From: a virus
Lineage: Duplodnaviria; Caudoviricetes
Virus record (IMG/VR): IMGVR_UViG_3300034161_000026
Location: 1-54,305 of that record
Direction: 5' to 3' (one strand)
Length of the DNA stretch: 54,305 bases
A model generated the notes under the pieces. It was given only the letters and a program-made list of their open reading frames with translations, was not told the origin of the DNA and ran no database searches. Shown here piece by piece: positions 27,104 through 37,736 of this stretch (its first letter is position 1; the number at the start of each line of letters is the position of its first letter). The position numbers were made by a program, and so were the translations under genes.

Positions 27104-27811
27104 ATGCTGAAATTCCAACTGGACAGCCTGGAAGGTGTCGATGAATCCGTGCGCGCTCTTTACACCGAGAAGGACGGCAAGTTCGTGCTCGGCATTGAAG
27201 GTCTGCCGCAGCACGAGGATGTCTCGGGCCTGAAGGCCAAGGTTGATGAGCTGCTCGGCGAGAAGAAACTGGCCGAGAAGAAAGCACGTGAGGCTGAAGA
27301 GCTGGCCCGCACCGAGCGCGAAGAAGCCGCTCGCAAATCGGGCAACGTTGAAGAGCTCGAACGTTCCTGGTCTGAGAAATACAACCGCCGTGAAGCTGAG
27401 CTGAACGGCACGTTGGAACAGGAGCGGTCAACACTGAGCGGGCAGATCCGGGATCTGACTGTGGGCCGTACCGCTACTGACATCGCATCCGCTCTGGCAA
27501 TCCCAGGCAGCGCCAAAGCCCTGTTGCCGCACATCGAGCGCCGTCTGAGCGTCGAGCAGCGCGACGGGAAGCCTGTTGTGGTCGTGCTCGACCAGCAGGG
27601 CAAGCTCTCGGCGGCAACGCTGGACGAGCTGAAAGCAGAATTCGCAAACGACACGGCGTTCGCGCCGTTGATCGCGGGTAGCAAGGCATCTGGCGGCGGG
27701 GCTGCTGGTGCCGGAGGTGGCGGCGGGGCCGCAAAAGGAAAAATCGGCGGCACCAAAGAGGAACGGACGGCTGCAATCGCAAGCCGGTTCCCAGATCTCC
27801 CTCAATCGTAA
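27104..27811 (+). CDS. Capsid scaffolding protein
   Basis: Coiled coil with Gly-rich tail, precedes the major capsid gene. Confidence 0.8.
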   Translation: MLKFQLDSLEGVDESVRALYTEKDGKFVLGIEGLPQHEDVSGLKAKVDELLGEKKLAEKKAREAEELARTEREEAARKSGNVEELERSWSEKYNRREAELNGTLEQERSTLSGQIRDLTVGRTATDIASALAIPGSAKALLPHIERRLSVEQRDGKPVVVVLDQQGKLSAATLDELKAEFANDTAFAPLIAGSKASGGGAAGAGGGGGAAKGKIGGTKEERTAAIASRFPDLPQS

Positions 27812-27821
27812 GGAATAACTC

Positions 27822-28790
27822 ATGTCCCTGTCGCAAATGCAGGTTTTCAACGAATACATCATGCCGGCGACTCTCGAGACGCTGGATCAATATCTCGCCG
27901 CGTTCAACGCTGCGAGCCGCGGCGCTATCGTGCTGTCCCCGGACGGCTTCACTGGCGACTTTCTCCAAGAGTCGTTCTTCCAGACGCTGGCCGCCGCCCA
28001 GCGCCGCGTGGACCGCTACAGCGCCAACGCCGCCGTTGCTGCCACCGACCTGACCGAGCTGAAAAACACTTCGGTGAAGGTCGCCGGCGGCTTCGGCCCG
28101 ATCCGCTATGAGCCATCGCAGATGACTTGGCTGGAGCGTCCGACCGCGCAAGGTATCGAAGTCGCGAGCCGCGCGTTCGCTGAAATCCTGCTGAAGGATC
28201 AGTTGAACACTGCGATCGCGGCACTGGTCGCAGCGATCACCGCCCAAGCCGCTGCGGTCAACGATGTTTCGGCTACCACAGGCATCACCTACGCCGGCTT
28301 GAACAACGCGCATGCGAAGTTCGGCGACGCCAGTCAGAACTTGGTTACCCAGGTGATGCAGGGCACCAGCTACCACAAGTTGGTCGGCCAGAACCTGGCG
28401 AACCAGCAGCAGCTGTTCCAGGCTGGCAACGTTCGTGTGGTGGACATCCTCGGTAAGATCTCCGTTGTAACGGATGCCCCTGCGCTGATGCAGGCCGGCA
28501 CCCCGAACAAGGAAATCATCCTGTCCTTGGTGCAAGGCGCAGCGCTGGTCCACGACGGTCGCGACATCATCAGCAACGTCCAGACCACCAACGGCAAGGA
28601 GCGCATCGAAACTACGCTGCAAACCGACTACACCTTCGGTCTGGGCCTGAAGGGCTACACCTGGGATACCACCACCGGCGGCAAGTCGCCAACCGACGCC
28701 GAACTGGCGACCGGTACTAACTGGGACAAAACCGCGACCAGCATCAAGCACACCGCCGGTGTCGCTCTGATCGGTGACGCCTCCAAGTAA
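27822..28790 (+). CDS. Major capsid protein
   Basis: 322 aa; LGLKGYTWD...SPT..L....NW; position. Confidence 0.88.
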   Translation: MSLSQMQVFNEYIMPATLETLDQYLAAFNAASRGAIVLSPDGFTGDFLQESFFQTLAAAQRRVDRYSANAAVAATDLTELKNTSVKVAGGFGPIRYEPSQMTWLERPTAQGIEVASRAFAEILLKDQLNTAIAALVAAITAQAAAVNDVSATTGITYAGLNNAHAKFGDASQNLVTQVMQGTSYHKLVGQNLANQQQLFQAGNVRVVDILGKISVVTDAPALMQAGTPNKEIILSLVQGAALVHDGRDIISNVQTTNGKERIETTLQTDYTFGLGLKGYTWDTTTGGKSPTDAELATGTNWDKTATSIKHTAGVALIGDASK

Positions 28791-28834
28791 CCCCTGAATG
28801 TTGAGCTGGGCGGTTTGCCCGGCTCGACGAGGTA

Positions 28835-29428
28835 ATGATCATGAGCAACAAAAACATCTGGTACTTGCCTGGTCCATTCCACCAGTACCAGGAAGATGTG
28901 AAGGCGCTGGCCAAGGAAAACGGTCTGCGGATTGTCGACGCGAACGCCACTGAAAGCCGTGACGACGAGGCTAAGGATGTGCCAGAAGTGACGGTGCGAC
29001 AGGTTGATTCGGCACCGGTGCTGCTGGTCGCCGATATCGGTGATTTTGACGGCGCTGCGTTGCAGGAACTGATTGGCAAGCTGAATGCAGAGCGCGACGG
29101 CATCGTGTTGCTGATCGACGCCGCCGAAGGTCTGTCAGAGTTGGAGCACCCTGCCGCCGGCGAGTTGCCTATCCGCCTGTTCGATGCACTCAAGGCCATT
29201 CACGAAGGTGTCGTCACCATCGAGGGCGAGCGCGATGGTCTGGCGGGCGAAGTTCAATCGCTGAACGCAGAGATCGAGCGCCTGAAAGCGGCAGCGAGTG
29301 AGCCGGTCGACAACGCCGAGAAGATTGCCGCGCTCAAAGCGCAACTCGACGCTGCCAAAGTGCCGTATCGGGCGAACGCTTCGGTAGAATCGCTTGAAAA
29401 GGCAGTTACTGATCTGCAGCAGGCGTAA
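28835..29428 (+). CDS. Hypothetical virion or head-associated protein
   Basis: C-terminal LKAQLDAAKVPYRANAS HeH-like motif. Confidence 0.6.
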   Translation: MIMSNKNIWYLPGPFHQYQEDVKALAKENGLRIVDANATESRDDEAKDVPEVTVRQVDSAPVLLVADIGDFDGAALQELIGKLNAERDGIVLLIDAAEGLSELEHPAAGELPIRLFDALKAIHEGVVTIEGERDGLAGEVQSLNAEIERLKAAASEPVDNAEKIAALKAQLDAAKVPYRANASVESLEKAVTDLQQA

Positions 29429-29484
29429 TAATCCGGGTGCCGGCAACGCGGCATCCGATCCAGAACACCACAGCGAGCTGATTC

Positions 29485-29988
29485 ATGACTCTCATCATTG
29501 AGGACGGTACCGGCAAGCCTGACGCCGAAAGCTACGCATCTGCTGAGGACTTGGCCATGTACGCCGTGAAGTTCGGCGTGGTCATTCCTGCCGATGTTGT
29601 CGCGCAAGAAGCACTGCTTCGCCGGGCCGCCTTGGCGATGGATGGCAAGACCTGGAAGGGTCGTAAGACGGATAGCGATCAGGCTTTGGCCTGGCCGCGC
29701 TGGGGTGTTGAGCTGGACTGCCAGATCAAGCCTGACAACTATTTGCCGGCGCGGATTCAGTACGGGCAGATGGCCTTGGCCGCTGAAATTCATCAGGACG
29801 ACATCGACCCGATCGACAAGCGCAAAGGCGCTGTGACGCTCGAGCGTGTCGAAGGTGCTGTAACTCGCGAGTACGCGACGATTTCCAACACCAGCGGCCG
29901 ACTTTTGCCGGCGGCGCCAGATCGACCGAGCGCTACGCAGTTTGCTGACTATTTGCAGCGGCGCGGACTATTTGCCGTTAGGGCCTAG
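29485..29988 (+). CDS. Head-tail adaptor (DnaT-like family)
   Basis: IEDGTG...A.SY, WKG......QAL.WPR. Confidence 0.8.
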   Translation: MTLIIEDGTGKPDAESYASAEDLAMYAVKFGVVIPADVVAQEALLRRAALAMDGKTWKGRKTDSDQALAWPRWGVELDCQIKPDNYLPARIQYGQMALAAEIHQDDIDPIDKRKGAVTLERVEGAVTREYATISNTSGRLLPAAPDRPSATQFADYLQRRGLFAVRA

Positions 29989-30033
29989 AATAGGAGTCTG
30001 GAAGCGATTTTCACTAGTCTGGCCCGATGATGT

Positions 30034-30351
30034 ATGGAGACAGTTGATTTGCTCATAGATCTATTTTCACTAGCTCTGATTTTGACAGGGATCACCGAGT
30101 GGTTTTGCCTGTGGCTGATTCTGTTTTTTAGCGCAACAGTGCGGGACCAAAGATTGCTCAAAGGCAGGCGACGAATGATTGCGTTATGCGGTCTGCCTTT
30201 GATTGCACTGTTACAGGTGGTTATGTCGTACATGTTTTACGACGATAGGCACAGCAATTGGCTGGTTGTTTTGTCTGCGGCCGCAATTCCCGCATTTGGT
30301 CTTCTATATTTGCGTGCTTTCTTTTCAAAAAGATCAGATTTTACCCACTAG
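30034..30351 (+). CDS. Three-TM membrane moron protein
   Basis: Three hydrophobic segments, lower GC. Confidence 0.6.
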   Translation: METVDLLIDLFSLALILTGITEWFCLWLILFFSATVRDQRLLKGRRRMIALCGLPLIALLQVVMSYMFYDDRHSNWLVVLSAAAIPAFGLLYLRAFFSKRSDFTH

Positions 30352-30368
30352 AAACTGCTGGAGCCACC

Positions 30369-30737
30369 ATGGCCTTCTACGACGAAATGGCCGTGATGGC
30401 TCTGGAGATGATCACAGAGTTCGGCCAGCCCGTGATCATTCGGGCGGCCACAGACGGCGAGTACGATCCAGAAACCGGAACCGCCGGCCCCGGCACAGTC
30501 AGCGAGCAAACCGCCCAAGGCATCCTGCTCGACTTCTCCGGCCAAGAATTTCAGAACAACAGCCTCATCAAGCAGGGCGACAAGAAGCTGAAGATCGCCG
30601 CGCAAGGGCTTGAGTGGGTGCCCGACCTGTTGAACAAGGTGATCGTTCAAGGCCTCACCTGGTCAATCGTCCCGCCGTTGAAAGAGATCAACCCGGCGGG
30701 AACGCCGATCCTCTACGAATTGCAGGTCCGGTCATGA
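30369..30737 (+). CDS. Head closure protein
   Basis: FGQ.V...YDP.TG...I..GD.K...P.G....Y.LQVR. Confidence 0.75.
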   Translation: MAFYDEMAVMALEMITEFGQPVIIRAATDGEYDPETGTAGPGTVSEQTAQGILLDFSGQEFQNNSLIKQGDKKLKIAAQGLEWVPDLLNKVIVQGLTWSIVPPLKEINPAGTPILYELQVRS

Positions 30738-31330
30738 GTCGCGCCGGCGCCGGCCAGTCCGGCAGCTTTGCCCTGAGTCTCGCCGAGTTCGCGGCCCAGG
30801 CTACGGAAGCCATCGACGCCAGCCTGCGCGAGATCATCATCGAAGTCGGCAACAGCGTTATCCGGATGTCGCCCGTGGGCAACCCTGAGATCTGGGTGCA
30901 AAACGCCGTCGCGAGCCAGTACAACAAGGCCGTGGACGATCACAACAGCGGCTTGCGCAGTGATCCGTCCAACTTGACTAAAGCGGGCCGGCTGAAACCC
31001 GGGCGAAAGCTGAAGGACGGCATGGACATCTCCGCGCCAAGTGGCTACGTCGGCGGCCGGTTCCGTGGGAACTGGATGTTCAGCATCGGCGCGCCGGACA
31101 GCACCACGACGGAAGAGGTCGACCCCAGCGGAGCCAAATCAACGGCGCGCATCGCTGCCGGTGCCATCGAGTTCAAGGCCGGCGATACCTGCTACATCAC
31201 CAACAGCCTTGGCTACGCCATCCCGCTGGAGTTCGGGCATTCGACTCAGGCGCCCGGCGGCATGGTCCGCGTCACCGTGGCCCGCTTCCAGCAGATCGTG
31301 ATGGAAGCCATCAGGAACAACCAGGTATGA
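30734..31330 (+). CDS. Neck protein (HK97 gp10-like)
   Basis: SPV...GRFRGNW...N...YA..LE.GHS.QAP.G.VR. Confidence 0.8.
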   Translation: MSRAGAGQSGSFALSLAEFAAQATEAIDASLREIIIEVGNSVIRMSPVGNPEIWVQNAVASQYNKAVDDHNSGLRSDPSNLTKAGRLKPGRKLKDGMDISAPSGYVGGRFRGNWMFSIGAPDSTTTEEVDPSGAKSTARIAAGAIEFKAGDTCYITNSLGYAIPLEFGHSTQAPGGMVRVTVARFQQIVMEAIRNNQV

Positions 31331-31743
31331 GCCATAACCTCATTGCATCGATCTACGAGGCCAAGCTGATCGCTTGGGCGAAGGCTTTGCCGGTGCCGCT
31401 GAAGGTCGTCGTCGAGAACGAAGCCTATACGCCCGTCAACGGCGTCACTTACCTGAGGGCGTTCACGCTTCCGGCCGACACCGCGAGCAACACGCTCGGC
31501 GGTGACCACAAGCTGTACACCGGCGTGTTTCAGGTCAGCATCGTGACGCCGTCGGGCAAGTACCGCGGCGCGGCCGGCGCAATCGCCGACCAGATAGCCG
31601 CGTTGTTCCCGCTGTTCGAGCGGAACACGAAGGGCGCCCTGATGGTGGTGACCATGACCCCGGTAGACCCCGGCCCGGGCATTCCCGACGACACCACATT
31701 CACTGTGCCCGTGTCGTTCCAGTACCGAGCCGACACCAACTAA
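31327..31743 (+). CDS. Tail terminator (DUF4128-like)
   Basis: EN..Y.P, GVFQVSI..P.G, PVS..YR. Confidence 0.75.
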   Translation: MSHNLIASIYEAKLIAWAKALPVPLKVVVENEAYTPVNGVTYLRAFTLPADTASNTLGGDHKLYTGVFQVSIVTPSGKYRGAAGAIADQIAALFPLFERNTKGALMVVTMTPVDPGPGIPDDTTFTVPVSFQYRADTN

Positions 31744-31764
31744 TCCGCCCATTGGGCAAACCCA

Positions 31765-31788
31765 GAACCCGCCATTGAGCGGGTTTTG
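31765..31788 (+). terminator. Intrinsic terminator
   Basis: AACCCGC-CATTGA-GCGGGTTTT. Confidence 0.7.
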
Positions 31789-31813
31789 TCATTTCTGAAA
31801 AGAGGAAACACCA

Positions 31814-32470
31814 ATGGCTGGCATTCAAATGCCCAACGGCGCAACTTTCGAAATTGCTTCCGCATACGGCACTGCAATCCCATTCACCACCCTGAGCAAC
31901 GCAAACCCGGCGGTGGCAGCAGCGTTGGCGCACGGCCTGGCCGAGGGCGACATCATCGCCGTGAACTCCGGTTGGACGCGCCTCGATGGCCGCGCCGTTC
32001 GGGTTGCCGATATCGCCAGCGGCACCTTTGCGCTGGGCGGCGTCAACACCACTAACGTTCAGCAGTACCCGGCGGGTTCTGGTGTCGGCTCGGCACGCGA
32101 GGTGACCTCGTTCACCGAGATCTCGCAGATTACCGAGCTGAACTCTACCGGCGGTGATCAGCAGTTCCTGACCTTTGGCTTTCTGGCTGACGACGATGAC
32201 CGTCAGATGCCGACCACCAAGAACCCGATCACGCTGAGCATCACGGTTGCCGACGATCCGTCGAAGCCTTACGTCGAGGTCTGCGAAGCAGCAGACGACG
32301 ACAAACAGGCGCGGGTCCTGCGCCTGAACCTGCCGGGTGGCAGCAGCATCATTTACAACGGCTACGTGTCGATCACTTCGACTCCGGCCATGTCGCGAAA
32401 CAACCTGATGACTCGCGTTATCAGCATCGCACTGACCGGTCGCCCAACCCGTTACGCGGCGGTGGTGTAG
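31814..32470 (+). CDS. Major tail tube protein
   Basis: PNGA, SNANPAVA, GGDQQF...FL. Confidence 0.85.
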   Translation: MAGIQMPNGATFEIASAYGTAIPFTTLSNANPAVAAALAHGLAEGDIIAVNSGWTRLDGRAVRVADIASGTFALGGVNTTNVQQYPAGSGVGSAREVTSFTEISQITELNSTGGDQQFLTFGFLADDDDRQMPTTKNPITLSITVADDPSKPYVEVCEAADDDKQARVLRLNLPGGSSIIYNGYVSITSTPAMSRNNLMTRVISIALTGRPTRYAAVV

Positions 32471-32473
32471 CCC

Positions 32474-32863
32474 ATGGCCAAGTTCAAAATTGCCCAGAAC
32501 CCCACCTTCAGCGCCGACGTAGATATCCCGCGCGTCGGCGGCACCACGATCAAGGTGCCGTTCGAGTTCAAGTATCGCGACCGCAAGGAACTGGCGGCGC
32601 TGTTCGCGGGCTGGCAGGCGAGCGTCAAGGAAGATCAGGAGTGCTTCAAAGCCAAGGGTGACGAACTCACCCTTGTGGAGATCACCGACTCCCATATTGA
32701 ACGCCAGGTGGAGCAGGTCTCGCAGTTGGTTGCCGGCTGGGGCTTTGACGACAAGTTGAGCCCTGAGTCTATCCGCGCCCTGGTCGAAACCTCGGCCGGC
32801 GCCGGTGATGCCATCGTCGACGCCTATCAAAAGGCGTTTTCCTCGGCTCGCCTGGGAAACTAA
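32474..32863 (+). CDS. Tail assembly chaperone (G-like)
   Basis: NPTF.ADV.IP, GW.FDD, ends in RLGN with a slippery site. Confidence 0.85.
   Translation: MAKFKIAQNPTFSADVDIPRVGGTTIKVPFEFKYRDRKELAALFAGWQASVKEDQECFKAKGDELTLVEITDSHIERQVEQVSQLVAGWGFDDKLSPESIRALVETSAGAGDAIVDAYQKAFSSARLGN
32854..32860 (+). other. -1 programmed frameshift site GGGAAAC
   Basis: XXXYYYZ heptamer just before the chaperone stop codon, as in lambda G/GT. Confidence 0.75.
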
Positions 32864-32880
32864 CCAGCGTCGCCCGCCGC

Positions 32881-33174
32881 ATGTACGAGCAGGGTCCGTC
32901 AGAGGCAGATCTGGCGGCGTTCGGGTTGTCGTTGGCAGACATCCCTGAAAAGGAGTGTGAAGTGCTGGCCGATAACTGGCCGGCCTTCTGCCTCTTCAGC
33001 GCCCTGTCCACGCAATGGCGCACAGGGGCGTGCGGCGCTACCGGGCTCGATTACACGTCCATTCGCGACGTTGCCGACTTCATCGGCATCAAGAAAAAAC
33101 AAATCGCTGAGATTTTTCCTGACCTTCAGGTGATGGAGGCCGAAGCCCTGCTCGTCATGAGCGAATCGAAGTAA
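32881..33174 (+). CDS. T-like chaperone extension (DUF1799-like)
   Basis: NW..F..F....TQWR....G.TGLDY, MEAEAL. Confidence 0.8.
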   Translation: MYEQGPSEADLAAFGLSLADIPEKECEVLADNWPAFCLFSALSTQWRTGACGATGLDYTSIRDVADFIGIKKKQIAEIFPDLQVMEAEALLVMSESK

Positions 33175-33184
33175 TGGAGCACTC

Positions 33185-36100
33185 ATGTCGGGCACAATCG
33201 CGCAGTTGGGCGTAGCGGTAGATTCGAGTGATGCCGTCCAGGCTGCCACGGATCTGGAGCGGCTTGTCCAGGTAGGGACGAAAGCAGAGAAAGTCGCCGA
33301 TAGCATGTCTGCCGGCTTCGACAAGGCAGCCACCGCAACAGCTGGCCTGGCTGCGGCTGAGGGCAAGCTGTCCGAATCCACTGACGACGCGATGAAGCGT
33401 CTGACGGCCATGGCCAAGGCATCGCTGGACTCAAGCGAGTACTACCAGAGCCTCACCACCAGCGTGAATACCAACGCTACGGCGCTGGACAATTCAAGTT
33501 CCTCCGCAAGCAGTCTGGCCGCGCTTCAGCGGCGTTTGCAGGCTGAGTCTGATGCTCTGGTCGGTTCGACTGATCGTCAGGCTGAGGCCGCGAAGAAATC
33601 GGCAGCAGCCACCGGCGTTCAAGCTGAGGGCCTGCAAGCGCTACTCGGCAAAATCAATCCGGCCATTGCCGCGCTCGACAAGCTCGACCAGCAGCAGGCG
33701 CAGTTGCAAAAGTACAAGGCTGCCGGCCTGATCGACGCCGATACGTTCCGGGATTACTCGGCCCGCATTGATGCATCCAGGCAGAAGCTGGGCGACTTTG
33801 ATGACGGCTTGAAGAAGACCGGCGTTTCTTCGGCGCAAACCCAGGCAGCGCTGCGTCAACTGCCTGCGCAGTTCTCCGACATTTTCACCAGCCTGGCAGG
33901 CGGGCAAAACCCGCTGATGGTGCTGATCCAGCAGGGCGGTCAGATCAAGGATTCGTTCGGCGGCGTCGGCAACACGTTCGATGTGCTGAAGGAAAAGTTT
34001 CGTTCGCTGTTCACCGGCGGCGCCGGGGCGGCGGTGCTGGGCGAGTCGTTGGCCGGCATCGCCACGAACGCAAAGAATGTGGCCGAGAATACTGGCGAAG
34101 CGGGCAAAGGCCTGTCCGACCTGGCTGAAGGCTCGAACACAGCGGCAGAGGCTGCGAAGAATGCGCAGGAGGCGGTCGGCGCTATTCGGCCAGCGATTAG
34201 CGGCGTGACGATCGGAGCCGCGGGCATGGCGCTCGCCGTGGTTGCAGCAGCGGCAGCCTTGGGCGCACTGGCCTACGGGTACAGCCAGGGCAGCAAAGAG
34301 ACAAAGGAATACAACAACGCGCTGATCTTGACCGGCAACTACGCCGGCACGTCTGCGGGTCGACTCGCCGACCTGGCTCAGCAGGTGAGCGCTACCAACG
34401 GCACCACGGGCGAGGCTGCCGCATCGTTGGCCAAGTTGGCAGCCAGCGGCGCGATCGCTGGCGAAAGTTTCAAGGACATTGCAGACGCTGCGGCAGCGAT
34501 GGAAGACGCTACCGGTAAATCTGTGGATGCGACCATTGCTGAGTTCGTCAAAATCGCCAAGGACCCGGTGGCAGCGGCGAAAGAGCTGAACGACCAGTAC
34601 CACTTCCTGACTGCCTCGACTTACTCGCAGATCGTCGCGCTCAAGGAGCAAGGCGACACCATTGGCGCCGCCAAACTGCTGACCGACACCTATGCCGATA
34701 CCGTGAAGGGCCGGGCAGGGGAGATCACCCAGAACCTCGGGACGATAGAGAAAGCCTGGAAAAACATAACGGACGAGGCTAAGAAGTCGCTCGATGCGAT
34801 AAAAAGCATCGGGCGCGATGAAGGAACAGCGAAGAGGATCGCCGATCTTACGCAGAGCGCAGCATTTGCACGAAGCGCGCTGAAAGCCGACCCGGACGAT
34901 ACCGATGCCAAAAAGAAACTCGCAGCTTCCGAGAAGGAGCTGTACGTGCTGCAGCTCACAGTTTTCACTGGTGAGCAGCGGACAAAAAACGAGGAAGATC
35001 AGGCTCGCATCCAGAAGCAGGCGATCGACGATGGGATCAAACTAAAGGCGATCAATGATTCCAATCTCACCGCCGAGGAAAAGCGCAATAAGCTGATCAG
35101 GGAGTACCAGCAATACGTCGCCGGGGTGCGCGAGGCCAACCCGAATGATCCATCGGTTCAGCCTGATTCTGTTGCGAGGGGCATCCAGAACATCAAGGAC
35201 AAGAACAAGGATCCGAAGGCGGCATCGTCTGCCGGCGCCGTCGACCTCACCGCCTTCAACACCGCTCAAAACGCCCTCAAGGAAATCCAGGCCGACTATT
35301 CGAACACCCAGAAACAACTGGATGCCGCACAGAAGGCCGGGCTGATATCGCAACAGGAATATCTGCTCAAACGCGAGGCCTTGATCGGCAACGAGCGCGA
35401 CGAGGTCACTGCGGCCTACGAGACAGAGATTGCGGCGCTCGAAGCCGCGAAGGGCGAGGCGACCACCACGGCCGAGCAGCGGATCCAGCTCGACCAGAAG
35501 ATCGCTGATGCCAGGGCAGACATGGTCAAGGCACAGAAAGCAGCGGACAGCGAACTCGAAGTGCTGGCCACGAACGAGCAGGGCCGGCTGAAGAAGCAGG
35601 AACTGGCCGTTCAGACCTACACCAGTGCGCTGCAACAGCAAGTCGACACGCTGCGCCAGCAAGGGCAGCGCGCGGCGGCAGGGCTTGGCCAAGGCGATCG
35701 GCAGCGTGGTTTGACCGACCAGCAGAACGCCATTGACGACCGCATCAACTCGCAGAAGCTCGACCTGGCCAACCAGTACGGCGATGGCTCGCGGGGCATG
35801 AGCCTTGATGAGTACACCCAGAAGCTGGCTGCTCTCAAAACCACGCAACAGGATCTGCACGACACCGTGCAATCCAACTATGACGAGATGACCGACGCCC
35901 AAGGCAACTGGAGCGCCGGCGCATCGTCGGCGTGGCAGAACTACCTGGAGTCGGCACGGGATGTTGCCGGCCAGACGAAAAGCCTGTTCACCAACGCCTT
36001 CAGCTCTATGGAAGACGCGATCGTCAATTTCGCCATGACCGGCAAGCTATCGTTCGCAGATTTCACCAAGTCGATCCTGGCTGACATGGCTCGTATTGCC

Positions 36101-36637
36101 ACGCGGCAGGCCAGTTCGGCGTTGCTGAGCAGTCTGGTGGGCGCCGCTACCAGCTACTTCACAGGAGGTGGCGACACCAACGGGTTTGCTTCCGGTACGG
36201 CTGGAGCCAGTTCATCAGCCGCGGGGGCATCCCAGGCCGGTTATACCAACGTCGACTTCTCTGGTTACAGAGCGGCCGGCGGCCCGGTCGCACCAAACTC
36301 TTTGTACGAAGTCAACGAGCTCGGGCCTGAACTGTACAACGAGGGCGGCAAGTCGTTCCTCATGACCGGCGCGAATGGCGGCAGCGTCACACCGCTGACT
36401 TCTGGTGCCGGGCCTGGGGTTGCAGCCATCAGCAATAACGGTGGTGGCTCCTCAATCAGCATCAACGCACCGGTCAGTGTGATAACGCAGGACCGAAGCT
36501 CGGAAGGCATGCAGATCGACCAGCAAGCGCTTCAGCAGAACCTCCAAACGCAAATGAAGGCGGCGGCCGAAAGAGCTGTCGCCGACTCATGGCGCGCCGG
36601 CGGCGTCAGTTTTCGAAATGTTAACGGGAGAGCCTGA
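33185..36637 (+). CDS. Tape measure protein
   Basis: 1150 aa Ala-rich; LRQLPAQF.DI..SL.GGQ.P..V.IQQGGQ.KD. Confidence 0.95.
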   Translation: MSGTIAQLGVAVDSSDAVQAATDLERLVQVGTKAEKVADSMSAGFDKAATATAGLAAAEGKLSESTDDAMKRLTAMAKASLDSSEYYQSLTTSVNTNATALDNSSSSASSLAALQRRLQAESDALVGSTDRQAEAAKKSAAATGVQAEGLQALLGKINPAIAALDKLDQQQAQLQKYKAAGLIDADTFRDYSARIDASRQKLGDFDDGLKKTGVSSAQTQAALRQLPAQFSDIFTSLAGGQNPLMVLIQQGGQIKDSFGGVGNTFDVLKEKFRSLFTGGAGAAVLGESLAGIATNAKNVAENTGEAGKGLSDLAEGSNTAAEAAKNAQEAVGAIRPAISGVTIGAAGMALAVVAAAAALGALAYGYSQGSKETKEYNNALILTGNYAGTSAGRLADLAQQVSATNGTTGEAAASLAKLAASGAIAGESFKDIADAAAAMEDATGKSVDATIAEFVKIAKDPVAAAKELNDQYHFLTASTYSQIVALKEQGDTIGAAKLLTDTYADTVKGRAGEITQNLGTIEKAWKNITDEAKKSLDAIKSIGRDEGTAKRIADLTQSAAFARSALKADPDDTDAKKKLAASEKELYVLQLTVFTGEQRTKNEEDQARIQKQAIDDGIKLKAINDSNLTAEEKRNKLIREYQQYVAGVREANPNDPSVQPDSVARGIQNIKDKNKDPKAASSAGAVDLTAFNTAQNALKEIQADYSNTQKQLDAAQKAGLISQQEYLLKREALIGNERDEVTAAYETEIAALEAAKGEATTTAEQRIQLDQKIADARADMVKAQKAADSELEVLATNEQGRLKKQELAVQTYTSALQQQVDTLRQQGQRAAAGLGQGDRQRGLTDQQNAIDDRINSQKLDLANQYGDGSRGMSLDEYTQKLAALKTTQQDLHDTVQSNYDEMTDAQGNWSAGASSAWQNYLESARDVAGQTKSLFTNAFSSMEDAIVNFAMTGKLSFADFTKSILADMARIATRQASSALLSSLVGAATSYFTGGGDTNGFASGTAGASSSAAGASQAGYTNVDFSGYRAAGGPVAPNSLYEVNELGPELYNEGGKSFLMTGANGGSVTPLTSGAGPGVAAISNNGGGSSISINAPVSVITQDRSSEGMQIDQQALQQNLQTQMKAAAERAVADSWRAGGVSFRNVNGRA

Positions 36638-36975
36638 TGGCAATCGAACGCTTCACCTGGCCAACCCAAAACGGAGACGCACCCGATATCAATTATCGGG
36701 TGCGCACCGCCCAGTTTGGCGATGGCTACAAACAAGAGTCCGGCGACGGGCCGAACAACAAAGTGGACTCCTACCCGATTTCCTACACCGGGCCAAAGAC
36801 CAAAGTGTTGGAGATGATGGCGTTTTTTGATCGGCACGCCGGGGCCAGGGCGTTTCTCTGGACCACGCCACTGGGCGAACTCGGCTTGTTCACCTGCAAA
36901 AAACCGGTTCCCACCCCCATGGGCGGGACCGTCTTCAAACTCACGGCCACTTTCGACCGGGCCTTCCAACCATAA
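36637..36975 (+). CDS. Minor tail protein M-like
   Basis: QFGDGY.Q, F.DRH.G..AF.WT.P. Confidence 0.9.
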   Translation: MAIERFTWPTQNGDAPDINYRVRTAQFGDGYKQESGDGPNNKVDSYPISYTGPKTKVLEMMAFFDRHAGARAFLWTTPLGELGLFTCKKPVPTPMGGTVFKLTATFDRAFQP

Positions 36976-36984
36976 GGGGCAATC

Positions 36985-37734
36985 ATGCCGCTGATCAGTG
37001 ACATCCAGGTTCTTCAGCCTGGCAGCGAAGTGCTGCTCTTTGAGTTGGACGGCTCGGACTATGGCGCCGATGTTCTGCGCTTCCATGGACACGCCATTCC
37101 ACACACGCCGGATGAACTTATCGCCGCTGGCGACGACGCCGACCAACTGCCTGCGAAAGCGATTTGGTTCCAGGGCAACGAGTACGGCGCCTGGCCAATG
37201 CAGATCGACGGCATTGAGGCGAACGGCGACGGCACGGCGGTACGGCCATCGCTGTCGGTCGGCAACGTCAATGGGCGCATCACGGCGCTGTGCCTGGCCT
37301 TCGACGATTTGCTTGAGTTCAAGCTGACGATGCGGCACACGCTTGGCATCTACCTCGACGCTCAGAACTTCCCGGCCGGCAACCCGACGGCCGACCCTAC
37401 CCAAGAGACGATTGAGGTCTGGTACATCGACCAGAAGACGAACGAGGACGGGGAAACGGTCAGTTGGGAGCTGGCCAGCCCGGGCGATGTCGGCGGCGAG
37501 TCGATCGGCCGGCAGGCGACCACACTTTGCCACTGGTGCCTCACTGGTGGTTACCGGGGACCAAACTGTAACTACACCGGGCCTTACGTGACGAAGGAAG
37601 GCGTCGTAACCGACAACCCTGAACTGGACGAGTGTGATGCCACGCTGGGCCGGGGCTGCATTCCGCGATTCGGTGAAGGCAATGCCTATCCGTTTGGTGG
37701 TTTCCCTGCGGTTTCCCTCATTGCCAGGAGCTGA
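36985..37734 (+). CDS. Minor tail protein L
   Basis: C.W....YRG..C.Y.G...C...C..RF, FGGFP. Confidence 0.92.
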   Translation: MPLISDIQVLQPGSEVLLFELDGSDYGADVLRFHGHAIPHTPDELIAAGDDADQLPAKAIWFQGNEYGAWPMQIDGIEANGDGTAVRPSLSVGNVNGRITALCLAFDDLLEFKLTMRHTLGIYLDAQNFPAGNPTADPTQETIEVWYIDQKTNEDGETVSWELASPGDVGGESIGRQATTLCHWCLTGGYRGPNCNYTGPYVTKEGVVTDNPELDECDATLGRGCIPRFGEGNAYPFGGFPAVSLIARS

Positions 37735-37736
37735 CC

